Below, piece after piece: positions 1 to 11,165 of a stretch of DNA of 64,000 bases. The notes under the pieces are model-generated. The model made no database searches and had not been told where the DNA came from. It worked only from the letters and a program-made list of their open reading frames with translations. Numbering within the stretch: position 1 is the first letter of the stretch; each line of letters opens with the position of its first letter. The stretch covers positions 2,046,001 through 2,110,000 of the forward strand of contig JAYWIR010000035.1 of assembly GCA_036172245.1 (NCBI GenBank). The letters run 5' to 3'. Both the position numbers and the translations under genes were made by a program. The stretch is from Raillietiella orientalis. Lineage: Eukaryota.

Positions 1-3000
1 AATCTGAAAGCCCCCCTCACTCTTGGACTGGGTGGGTAACGTTCGAAGTGTTCCGAGCTGGAGGATTACGGGAGAAATACAAGATGGCTTCCAGGTCGGA
101 CGTTCCTGGGGGCTCTTGCAGTTTCGGGTCTAGGAGCTGCAGCAGCAGGCAGTTGCTAGATCGCCGATTTCTGAATCTACCAAGCCTTCTGAAATTTAAG
201 CGGACGAGTGAGCAAAAAGTCTGCAAAGAGTGAGCAACCGAAACAGCCAAATGAAACCCCACGATGAATGAATGAATACGCGATTCAGGAGTTCAACTCA
301 CATGAGTCATTTTCGCTGTCTCAAAGAGATGGATGGCACGAGCAACCATTTAGTCCCTTTGCTTACGGGGGTATTTCTTTCCTCATTTAGGAGGTCTTCT
401 CTCACACACTTGTTCGGAAGGGAATACGCTCTCTCTGATGACGGACTCTACCGGCTGCGAAGTGCATTTTTACGCCTCGGAGAACACTCTTTTGAGTGTT
501 CCTAAGTTCGACGAATTTGTGTATTGTGATAAAGTGTAGTCTGAGCAGCTTTAGGGGAAGGGAACACTAGTTTTACGAGAGCTTCTAGGGAATTTTCGCT
601 TCGAACCACTGGAGAATGCGGAGAATATTCCAAACCGAAGGGGCATCCCCGAAGTATTACAACACTCACGAACGATCATTGGTCATTGCTTGGAAACGCA
701 TCTTTTAATCTCTTAACTCGTCGGCAGGCACTTTCGCTGAGTTTTCTTGATTCTCACCGAAGATCAGCTCTCCATTCAACGAAACACATTCGTTTGCAAT
801 CACACGATCAGGACACGTGTTTTTTTTTTCCTAGCGATTTCAAGGTACCTGAGCGAGCGAGCATTTTACCCGTGCAGTCACATGCGTGCACAGTGAAAAT
901 GGCAGGATGAAACTGATCATTTGTGTGTCCTTAAGTAATCCCGAACGTAACTTGAACTACCATTGTACCCCATTGCTTGAAAGCACCCTAAGAGCACAAA
1001 GAAACACCGCTGCGCAAAGATTACCACACTGTTACGTTCTTATTCTCGCACTCCGTTCGTTTCTTCGCTCATTACTAATTTTCTTCCAAGGGATGCCTAC
1101 CCGTTTTCGATAACCTGAGGAGGGGGAGATGTTAGTCGTGAATACAGACAGAGCTCCCATTGGTCATCCCGTAGCTACACCATTGAAAAATACTTCCTCC
1201 TCTTGCAACAGTAGTTCTTCTCGCAGTTAATTGTACCGATTAAGATATGTAAGCAAGTAAATTTCTAAGGATCAAGTCCGGTTTCGACCTGACACGCGGA
1301 GAATGTATCCAAGGAAACGGTGAAATCATTCTCAATATTTTCCTCCAAAACGTATATGCCTGCTATGAGGTTCATCAAAGTTGATGTCAGGACCTATGGC
1401 CACAATGCCCCGAGGGTTTATATCTCGATGGCTGATTTGGTAATGCTTCTCTATGTGATCGAAGAAAATGGTGTCCCTCGTGGCTGGCATTTGAGGAACA
1501 ACACCATGCAGGCGCTCGTCTGCTGGGAGCACACGGGGGTGGCGTGACCGGGTGACACACACACGGGAGAAAGGTTCCCAAGCATTCGATATCCGGCCCT
1601 CTCAAACGTTGCCCTTATGAGGTTAAGTAAGTTTAGGGTGCAGTGCCTTCTTCTATTCCTCTTAGTTTATACCTAAAGGTGAGTTTCCTAATGCGGATGT
1701 ATGAAGGAAAGCGTAAACTCTTCTGCGGAAAAATCAGCAACCAAAACTCTTGAATTTACGAAACTTCGATTCATCCTGAAACTACAGAATACAGAATTCT
1801 AGAATTTCATCCTCACGTTTAATGCATTCGTGTGTATTATATTATGTACTGATTAAGCTTTAATGATTAGTGTGTTGTTAATGCATATAAGCAGTATTGC
1901 AATGCCAGTTAATGCAATGAGTACACAGTCCGTGTTTCAATATGAATCACTCCAGCAGTATGCAACTGCTCCAGAAAGAATGCTGCATGATTCTGTATTC
2001 TAATCTAATAGTCACTTGCCACGCAGCCAATCAAATTAAAATCAGCATACCGTAAGAACCTCCAGATGAAGACCTCAAACACTAATGCAATAGCAAGCAA
2101 AAAAAAAACTTTTTTTTGGGGAGGGTTTAAATAATGAACATTGAGTGTTCCACGATTCGATCTCAGAGTAGTAGGGAACTGCATCAGGAAAGGAGCAAGA
2201 AGTTTGTGAATGACTGCCAAGAATTCATCTCCAGCTTGTTCGTGTGTGCGGAACTCCTGCGAAAGGGAGGAACCGAAGGTCCGTTTCCATGATGAGTTTG
2301 GATTTTCTCGCTCATTTGAAAGCTGATAAAGGAGCAATCTGGCACATATAATCCAGAAAATCGAAACGTCATGTGCGTGGAATGGAGTCTGAGAAAGTTT
2401 TCTGGGATGCCTGATGATCTGGCGAAGATCCGGGATGCGAATTTTAATTTCAAGCCGTTTCTTTCCGTTTCGTCTTTTTTAAACGGGTAGGAAGCAGTGA
2501 AGTACAGAACGTGACGAATGCGGTCGTCACGAATGTTCTCGATGAGGACGGAGAATTCCCGGAGAGCTCCTGTCTGCCAGCAGGGATGGCTCGATTCGCG
2601 CTCGGTTTTAATGTCGTACGCGGAAGGGCATCATCTTGAAATCAAGAGGTGTTACCAAGCCACCAATTGCCTGCCCCAAGAGCGTTTGTCTCAGAAAGGA
2701 TCAAGGAGAAACAGCACACGCAAAAAACACACGCAAATCCTTCGGACGTTGGTCACTTGGCTCGAGAAGGAAATGCAGCCCTTGATGTGGAAGTTTATGC
2801 CCTACGAACAAGGTATGTCCGCTTGATGGGCGTCTGCGGATAGGGAGGAAATCAAGGCCTAAGTGAAACACCGAGCAGTAAAATGCTGACTACTGTGGAA
2901 GCTGCCTTGCCTCCTCTGAAACCCAGAAGAGTCAAACCTTTAATGCTCGAATACACGCACTCACGCAAAAAAAACAAAAAAAAAAAGGCTGACAAAATGA

Positions 3001-4271
3001 ATTATAAGATGATTGCTCCGAAGAAACATTGAAGAAAACAGAGAAAGTTTGTGGAGTTTTGTGGTTCTGACCGGGGCTGAAGAGCAAGGGCGTTCGCCCC
3101 AGGTTTGTCCCTCCCAGCGCGACGGGCAGAATTGCACTGCTTAGCAGTTGCTTGAAAGTGTTCCAGCAGGCTCACTGGATACAGGGGGCGCAGAATTCCA
3201 TCAAACAAATGCAGAAGGAGGGCGGCGCCGTCGACTCATGTTGGTTGCCTCCTTTTGGTGAAGATGATTCGATGCTTATGCAAGTCGGGATCACGGAAGC
3301 TCCCGAGCAGAGTGCGTTGATGGGAAATGAAAAGCACGAGACTGCAGCATCTGCTGTGTACTCGACTCTGAGCTTTGAGGTGGCTCCAGCGAAGTCCCAC
3401 TCGTCGAGCAAGCAGCGAAAGTGGAAGGTGACAGGGAGGCACTGGTGGGAACGAACGGTTTGCACCGCTCCAATGCCAACAAATTCGAAAGCCTCTGATG
3501 CGTCCCGAAGTTGGTGAAGGTGTGAGTTTAGGACTTATCGACTAGGAGTTGCTCCCCTAAACGTCAGAGTCAGGTGTTCCCATATGTTGGTGTCAGCTCT
3601 CTGGTTGACGACTTTTCCAGACACTTGAGCTCGTTCGAAGACGGACGACTGGACGGCGCAAAAAAAAAAGAAAGAAAGAAAAGAAAAGAAAAGAAAAAAG
3701 CGTTTCTTGCTTCCTATTGGAAAGGAAAAGCTATTCTGGGATGTTGGAGCTGCACTTGGGAGAAGAATTTCCGTTTGGGACTTTGGTCGTGCTACTTGGA
3801 AACGCTGATTGCTGATGATTCGCCGTTTTGCCAAAGATGTTTGCGTAACAGGTGGAAAGTGCTCCCGTCTATAACTTGAATGCGAGACCACATTAGGAAG
3901 GTGGACGTGCGCAGGTATTTTAAGGGGCGGGGACTCACATCCTCACAACGAGCCTGAGGTCGGAGCGACAGCGAAGACATGAGAAGGAGCGCTGAAGATC
4001 CGTGTCATCTCTCTCCTACGGACATGACACTACCTGTCAGTCTCGAACCTCTTCCCGACCACATCATCTTCTTGCGTCGAATTTCATCTATTGGCGTTTG
4101 GATCATCTCTTGTTCGACGCCGCCTTTGCCGGCCAGTCGACGGAGCCCGAGTCCGGTGCACAACAGCAGTTCTCTCGGTCCGCGAAGCCCCACGATGACA
4201 GCAGTGCAAGACGCGGGTGCGAAACTGTCAGCTGCAGTCCCGAGGTTTCTCAGGCGTCTCCTTGCTTACAG

Positions 4272-4735
4272 GTTAATGAGCGCGCGAACACAACACAAAC
4301 AGCATGCTTGCCACCGGGAGAAATGCAGTTTGCAGCATGAGATTCCCACATGGGGACCCCATGAGACTCTGTGCTTGGGAATTCGATGACCCTGAGTGAG
4401 GTCGCTTCTGAACAGACCAATTCTTCGCATGTTCGGCAGCCTTCATGACAGCTCCACTTCCGAGCCCGAAGTGATGAAGTCTGAAGATTGTAGCCCAGAA
4501 CATGACGATGCAACTTGTTCACCTCGCAAATGGTGTGCATGCCATACGCTGCTCTGTTGGGTTTGTAAAATGCGTGGAACACCATTCACGTGACGTGCTG
4601 CTCGGAAAACTGACGGCGTCGAGGATTCCTCGTCACCTGGTTACGATGAAACGATGTCTGCGTGACCTGTCCTTGCGGTCTGCCGAAGAAAGCGTTCTTC
4701 AACCTCATCCTCTCTGTGTGAGGATGGAGGGATAA
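4272..4735 (+). pseudogene. Possible decayed RING/B-box (TRIM-like) zinc-finger gene fragment
   Basis: Follows an acceptor-like cttgcttacag (ends 4271). Translations give CHREKCSLQHEIPTWGPHETLC (RING-like) and CSPEHDDATCSPRKWCACHTLLCWVC, with EHH in a shifted frame (roughly B-box2 spacing). Stops and frameshifts are present. Confidence 0.25.
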
Positions 4736-5488
4736 ATGGGTGGCCTACTGCAGGGCAAGGACGCAGCTAGCCTTCTGCGAAGGTGTCACCCTTTCAGAAA
4801 TTGATCAACAGCCTCTGAAAAGGGTACCATCTATCAAATTCAAGTGATGACCGGTCTTGAAACAGCCAACTAGATAGTCATCACGATCGTCGTGCACTTC
4901 TCAAGTGATTGGGTACTGCAGCCATCAAAGCAAAGATATGGGGCATGCAGCGATCTCTTGAAATTGCATCCGCATTTTAAAATCGGTGGCAGCTCAAAGC
5001 GTTACATTTCAAGGAAATTGCTTTTCCTCCATGGAACTTACCAAGCATACTGTCTGGGGTGCCGGGATGTGAGAGGTAATTCGGAGCACTTACAGCTAGA
5101 GGAGATCCGTGGCGTCGGAATTCCACCATCCGGCGCTCATGAGCCCCTGCTCCGTCCGTTTCCCATCAGCGCTGCTGTGCTGCATTTTTGCAGCGGGCAC
5201 CCCGCCGCTTGCGCCAAGGAGTTTGGCCGGGCACTCTGCTCTCTGGGCACGGAAGCTTCAGGTGCGAATGATGCGGACCTGGGTCATCTGGGAAGCCTCG
5301 GGATGCGTAGAGGGACAATCCATTGTAAAGCGCATCGTCAGCCAGCGACCTCGAAGTCTCTAGCGAGTGCTGACTCCAGCGTGCTGCAGGCGCTGCGACT
5401 GAGGAAAACTTGCGATGAATCCTTCTGTGCCCAGGAGTGCGCGCCAAGACCAAAAAGTCTGAAGATGGAAATGAAAACGCATACTTGC

Positions 5489-6046
5489 TTAGCTTGAGGG
5501 TTCCTCTGGCTCCAAGGACGCACGAGCGCACAGCAGACTCAGCACGGGTTGAATGCAGACGGTAGAGCGAAAATGAGAAACGAACTTCCGTGGATGGATC
5601 TCAAGATACAGAAGAGAAGCGACTCCCGCTCCGACACGCGGCACAGGCCACCGTCTTAGAAGGCACCCGAACGAAGTCCGCATCTCCATTTGCTGGTCTC
5701 CTCTCCGCGCGTTGGGCCGGCCGTTCGCACGAACGAGCAGGCGGCGGCACCTTGAAGCGGGCCTCATTCTCGCAGAAGGAGCGAGCCAGTCCCGAGGGAT
5801 CAGGTGTGCCGTGGGAGGGGGGAAGGGGGGGGGGGACAGCAGATCCGTGCTAACTCGCGAAGCAACAGCAGCGTCCGTCTTTGCTTGAGACGGCGGTATG
5901 TTGCCCGCAGCAGCTGGCCGGCGATCGAAGACTGCAGCGTCTGCGGCACGCTCTCGTAAGGTCTCTCGGCTCGGGAGCGTTTCCGGGAGCGCGTCATCAT
6001 GGGAGAGCCGTCCCGACTCGGCAGACTGAGTTAGCCGGGCCCTCAT
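5489..6046 (-). mobile_element. Possible LINE ORF1-end / APE endonuclease N-terminal relic
   Basis: GC-rich, Pro-rich stretch followed by RRWPVPRVGAGVASLL, resembling the W...AGVAIL segment of L1-clade endonucleases. Weak, by-eye match only. Confidence 0.3.
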
Positions 6047-6236
6047 GAGGGAAAATTCTGCTTCCTTTCTAAAGTTCCTCTAACCGAGTTAAGATATCGC
6101 TCTCCTGAGAAGCAGAACTCCCCGCCGCGCGAGGATCGAACAAGACTGCTCGGCACCCGGGGCACACAAAGGGAGAAACAGAAGCGAGTTCAAGAGTTCA
6201 GCAGCCTTACTGTTAAGTCATTTGTATGGGCTGTTC

Positions 6237-6366
6237 CAGGACACCATTAGGCTTAAAGGATACGCGCGCCACGAACAAAACGGTGATTTATTCGCTAGTC
6301 GAACGCTGATGCAGGACAACATTAGGCTTTAAGAATGCATGAGCCATGAACAAAACGGTGATTTAT
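6237..6366 (+). repeat. Diverged tandem duplication, two 55-bp units 75 bp apart
   Basis: 6237-6291 (caggacaccattaggctt...gaacaaaacggtgatttat) vs 6312-6366 (caggacaacattaggctt...gaacaaaacggtgatttat). Confidence 0.9.
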
Positions 6367-6399
6367 CTGCCTGTCGGGCGCAGACACCTGTTTCGTTCT

Positions 6400-7350
6400 T
6401 CCCGCCGCTCCAGGCGAGTCTGAGGCCGCGGCGTTCCGCGGAAATTTCGAAAAGACTTCTTCCCGCTCCGCAGCTTCAAGGGCGTTGCAGAACACTTCTG
6501 AGACTCTGCGTTCCCCGCGGGCTGCTGGCACGCGCGAGGTCCGAACCTCCTGGTCTCGCTCCTTCGGATCCTCCCGAATTTACTCCCACCAGCTGGAAGC
6601 GCGGGAACGGGAAAGTTCGCAGAGTTGGTCCCGTTTTCCGAGCAGGATCTTCCGGAGCTCTTTGCCTATCGCCTCCTCACCCGGTCCAGGAGAGACCGAT
6701 GGATTTCTCAGAGTGTTTGGAGTGCAATGCGGAGAGAGAATCCTTGGATTTCTTTGTTCCTTTCTTCTGAGGAATCATGATCTCTCTCTCGCAGGCACGC
6801 ATCTTTGGTCCGATGCTCTACCGGCGAAAAAAGACCTGTTTCCGCAGCGCAACATGGGATGAGAAGGGATCATCTCAAGGGAACGCTCTCTGAGAAGATG
6901 AGGTCTGTTCTTTTCGGTTTCCGCTCCACGGCAGAGCAGGAGGAAGACTCTCGGAACCTCCACCAGCCTCTTCCGTGGAACCACGGGAGTCTCGCTCGCT
7001 GAGAGGGGTGCTGACAAAACGGTCGGTAGGTTCGCGACCCACACGATCCCGGCTAGTCCGAGAGGGAAAGACTGACTACTCTTCGTCGCAGAAGCGAGGA
7101 ACGTGCTTCCGTCTTCCCCTTACCTACTGTGATGTGTTCCCTGGGAAGTTCCCTCGACGAGCTTTCAGGAGTCCACCCGAACGGAAGGGACTACTCTTGG
7201 ACGGAAGCACACACTGTGGAGGAGTTCGTGACGTCGAAGGAGTCCTGGAGGGAATCCGAAGAGACGGAGATCCGGTGGGGAAGAGTCAGGAGACCAAAGC
7301 AGGCGAGGAGGGAGCGTCCCATCCTCACTTTCCTTTTCTCTGGGATCCCT
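6400..7350 (+). mobile_element. L1/Tx1-like LINE relic: ORF1 zinc-knuckle remnant plus endonuclease fragment
   Basis: LYRRKKTCFRS (~6820-6850, knuckle-like) and LDELSGVHPNGRDYSWT (~7155-7203, matching the endonuclease D.FR..HP..R.YSW segment). May be the 5' part of the element at 8200-9935. Confidence 0.4.
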
Positions 7351-7508
7351 GCACTACCTGACTGGAATTGCTTCTTCCACATCCACCAGAGCTAATGATT
7401 ATTTGGAGACCACCTGGCCTCAACCTTCCGTCTCTGTCACTGCCCATTTTCACATTGCTGGTTCCCGTGAAGCAAACGCTCACGATGAGGGATTCCCTCC
7501 AAACACAA

Positions 7509-7565
7509 ATCATCATCATCGTCGTCGTCGTCGTCGTCTTCGCCATTGTCGTCATCATCATCATC
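7509..7565. repeat. Compound (ATC)n/(GTC)n trinucleotide tract
   Basis: atcatcatcatcgtcgtcgtcgtcgtcgtc...gtcatcatcatcatc; reads as poly-Asp (GAT/GAC) on the minus strand. Confidence 0.9.
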
Positions 7566-8199
7566 CCAGATCCTTGTTAGAGACAGGACTCATCCTCTGC
7601 TCCCTGCCCTGCCATGAAGCACACGCCTTTCATTTCGTTCTCCAGACATCTCCCTTGTCCTCCAATTCTTAGCCGGGCCCAGCAATGCCTGCAGGTGCAC
7701 GGACCATTCCTTGCCTTTCTTTTTCCCCTTTGCTTTGTGGAGAGATGCTGACGCTAATCTCACTTCGTCTCTTCAGATAGGGGATCACACTCGCGCTTTT
7801 CGATGTCTGCAGCCACCCTCTGCCTCGTATAGTCATCTTGGAGCATTTTCGATGCATCTTGCGCTGCAGCCTTGACGCTGAAGGAACCAAGCTCCATCCA
7901 GCAAGTGACCCACGGGGAAACGCCTTCAGTCAGCTTCGGCGAGCCGGGAGAGGGAATATCCCTCTGTGAGTGATTTGCCGCCTCTGCCTCTTCAGCTGCC
8001 ATTGAGGTGGCCTCTTCCCCTCCGTACCAGGGTATCATCACGACGAAGCCGATGCAGGCGGCTTTCTTCCCTGTTAGCTTCCTTCCCACCTCCGATTGTT
8101 TTTCGAGGACGCAGTGAATTTCGGAAATGGAGTTTCCCCTCGAGTACACCTTCGCTCCCCATGTCGACCCGACTTTCGTACTTGAGGATTTCTTCGAGC

Positions 8200-9935
8200 T
8201 GCCCGGTTGCTGGACAGGACTTAGGGTGAACAGAGCGAAGTCGTCGGTGATGCCAGTCGGTGCAACGTGGGCAGGGCGGCTGGACTGGATCCGCTTGGAA
8301 ATCCCCACGGTTCGGTACTTTAAATACCTCGGTGTGCCGTTCGTGCCGTTCGGGGACTATCGTTCTGAGGAAGCGTGGTCCAGCTGCCTCTAGAAGGCAG
8401 ATTCGGCGATAGGCCTGTTCCAAGGAGGCAGATTTCACCTGCCGAAACAGGCCGCGGTGTAAAACATTCGTGGCCCCTTTCTTCCTCTCCTTTTTGTTTT
8501 CCCCCTCTTCACCCTCCGAGAAGGATGAGGGAGCGGACGGAGGACCTCCTGAGGATCGCCCTTTGGGGTAAAGGGAGGCTCCGAATTCGCGCGAAGGACT
8601 TAAGCGCTTCGCGTCGAGACGGGGGTCTAGGCCTACTGACGCTGGAGCGGCTGGAGCTTCAGCTTTAGTTGAGGATACTTGCCCTCTTGGAAAAGATGTG
8701 GAGCACTACCTAGTGCAACCCTGCACGTCTCCTCGCCAGACGTGTATCCGGAGCGGGAGCACTTTCATCCCATCTCTTATGCCGTGGAAAGAAGATAAGA
8801 TGTGGCCTTCTCGGACGAATAACCACCCTGGCGAAGGAGAATGGGTGGATGATCTGCAGCCCAGTCAACTCCAGCGCATGACTGGAAGAAACAGTTGGCA
8901 CGTGGGCGGTAGTGAATCAGAGGAGCCACGAGACATGGAATAGCCTGCGACGCGGCCGATACGCCTGCTGCACTCTGCGCGAGATCCTGGAGTGTCCAGC
9001 CAGGAGCACGTGGGCAGAGACGAACTGCCTAGCGACGGTGCTGCCCTTCCTACGGAGGGCCCTCGTTAGCAGCCGGACGCCGAGGTGGCAAGTCTCTTGC
9101 CGTATTGCAGGCAGAGAAAAGTTGATGAGCGGTTGGACAATGGGACAGCTGGCGGACGCCGCGACCCAGAGCGTCCTTCTGAGAGGACTGAAGCAATGGG
9201 GCTAGCTGCTCGGCATCTCGACGGGTGACCTGAAGTGGCCCCCAGTGATAACCGGAAGAAGGATCCTTCCTCTAAAGTGGTAAGAGTCGGCGCTTATGCT
9301 GTTGCACTGGGGACTCCCCTGCAACACGAGCCGCCACCACTGGACACGGGGAAGAGTGAATCCTAACTGTGCCAGGTGCAGGAACAGGAAACTCTCCCGC
9401 ACCTTTTAGTTGACTGTGTTGCCCTCCGGTCCCTTTGGGAATGTTTCGGGACGACCTTAGGGGTCCTGGGAAGCAGCCCTCCCAGAGACGTTTTTCGGCT
9501 CCTCTTCGTGCGGGACGCCCTGCAGCCAGACGCCCTCGTAGCAGTGCTCAGCTGCATCCGCGGTATTGTGGCGGCTTGGAGTGGAGCCGACGAAGTAGAA
9601 GATGCAAACGACAAGGATGTCATGGAGTATGCAGCTCGCTTTCTGCGAATAGCAACCCGATGGCCCCACCTGGGAAACATGCAGAAGGACTTCGTCGGCA
9701 TCCTGCAAAGGATGGAAACTCCACAAAGCGGACAGTGATCCCTTCCCGACCCTCCAAATAACTATGATTTTTTCTTTTTTCAGTTTTCTTTTATTTTTAT
9801 TTTTGTTTTTCCCCATTCCCCTCCGCTGACGTGGAGTGTCAAGTCGGTCTGCGCACCGACCACCCGGCAGTTCCCTAGTTTTATTAGCCGCAGCGGGGCC
9901 TTGTACCGCAAATATAGAAGTTTATAATAAACACT
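8200..9935 (+). mobile_element. L1/Tx1-clade non-LTR retrotransposon, degraded ORF2 3' half plus 3' UTR
   Basis: RT C-terminal motifs GLRVNRAKSSVM and FKYLGVPF (8220-8345), RDGGLGL (~8615-8636), and a CCHC zf-RVT (NCARC / ETLPHLLVDC, ~9365-9420). The frame ends RWPHLG..GIL at 9738, followed by a T-rich tract, a hairpin and AATAAA (9926-9931). Multiple stops and frameshifts. Confidence 0.85.
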
Positions 9936-10189
9936 CTGGCTTGACCGGGTGAAAACGTCGAGCAGGCCACCAGGAATGCGGGACTCGCGTCCTTCCTTGT
10001 GCTCCGTCGTCGCCACATCGCCCACTGCGGATTGCACCTTCGAAGGGCAAGCAATCTGACGAGGGAGAATGCAGGATGTATCTCCTGCTGCCCCGCCAAC
10101 GGTAGTGCCTGGTTACAGTAAAACGTTCGCACGTATGCGAGGAGCCAGGGGCAACTCACGGAACAGGTGCGCCCTTTCCTGTTCATGTG

Positions 10190-11165
10190 CAACAGCCGCT
10201 GCACGCTTCAAAAGATCCTGGAGGATTCCGGAAAAAGCGCATGGGCAGGAAGAACCTCCCTCATTGCAGCACTGCCCTTCCTCAGGGAGGGAACATCTGG
10301 GCAGCAGCAAGCAGCATCACAGCGAAATGGGAGGCTACAGTGACAATCTCCAGAAGAGAGAAAGAATTGGGCGAATGAAATACGGGCCAGCTCAGCAATG
10401 CTGCCACCCCGAGTACACCACCCCTTGGACTCTTGCGCTGAGATGGGCTGTTGAATGTTCCGTTGTAAGATATGAAGTGTGTCCCCCGGTGTTCATGGGC
10501 ACCCGCACCCTCCTCTTGAAGTGGCAAGAGTCGGCGCTGTTGCTGCTGCACTGGGACCTCTCGTGAAACGCCCACCGAATTCACTGGACCAACGGGTTTG
10601 TATGGACTCCAACTGTGTCAGGTGCGGGGAGCGTGAATCCCTCCCCCAACTGCTAGTGGATTGTCTTGCCCTCCAGTCCCTCTGAGAACGCTTTGCCACG
10701 ACTCTAGGAGCCTCCAAGGGCAACTCCAGGGATGCTATCAAACCTCTCTTCGTTCGCGACGGCCTTCAGCCAGCAGCCTCGCTAGCATCCTTGTACTGCC
10801 TACGCGGGATCGTCGCTGCATAGACCAAGGAAGCAGGAGGACCCAGCGATAGGGATGACATCCACTTCGCCATCCGCTTCATCAGGATGGACAGGACGCT
10901 ATGGACAGGACTATCCAGCAAGACCTTGCAGGCATCCTACAGAGGATGTACAGGACAACCCCAGCAGACAATGACCCCTTTCCTCAGGATCCCAAAGTGT
11001 ATTTATTTTTATTTTTTCTACTTTTTGTTAATCCCTTCCCTCTTCTGCCGTAGTGGTGTGCTCCAGTCTGCGAACCGATGATTTGGAAGACGTTTATTAA
11101 ATTGTGCGCGGTTGGACAGCCGGTCCAACCACAGTTCTCATGAAATGCTTTTTTTGAAATAAACG
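10190..11165 (+). mobile_element. Second 5'-truncated copy of the same LINE family (ORF2 C-terminus plus 3' UTR)
   Basis: LKWQESALLLLHW, NCVRCGERESLPQLLVDC and DLAGILQRM align with 9270-9720. Followed by a T-rich tract, a hairpin (11110-11130) and AATAAA (11158-11163). Confidence 0.8.
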
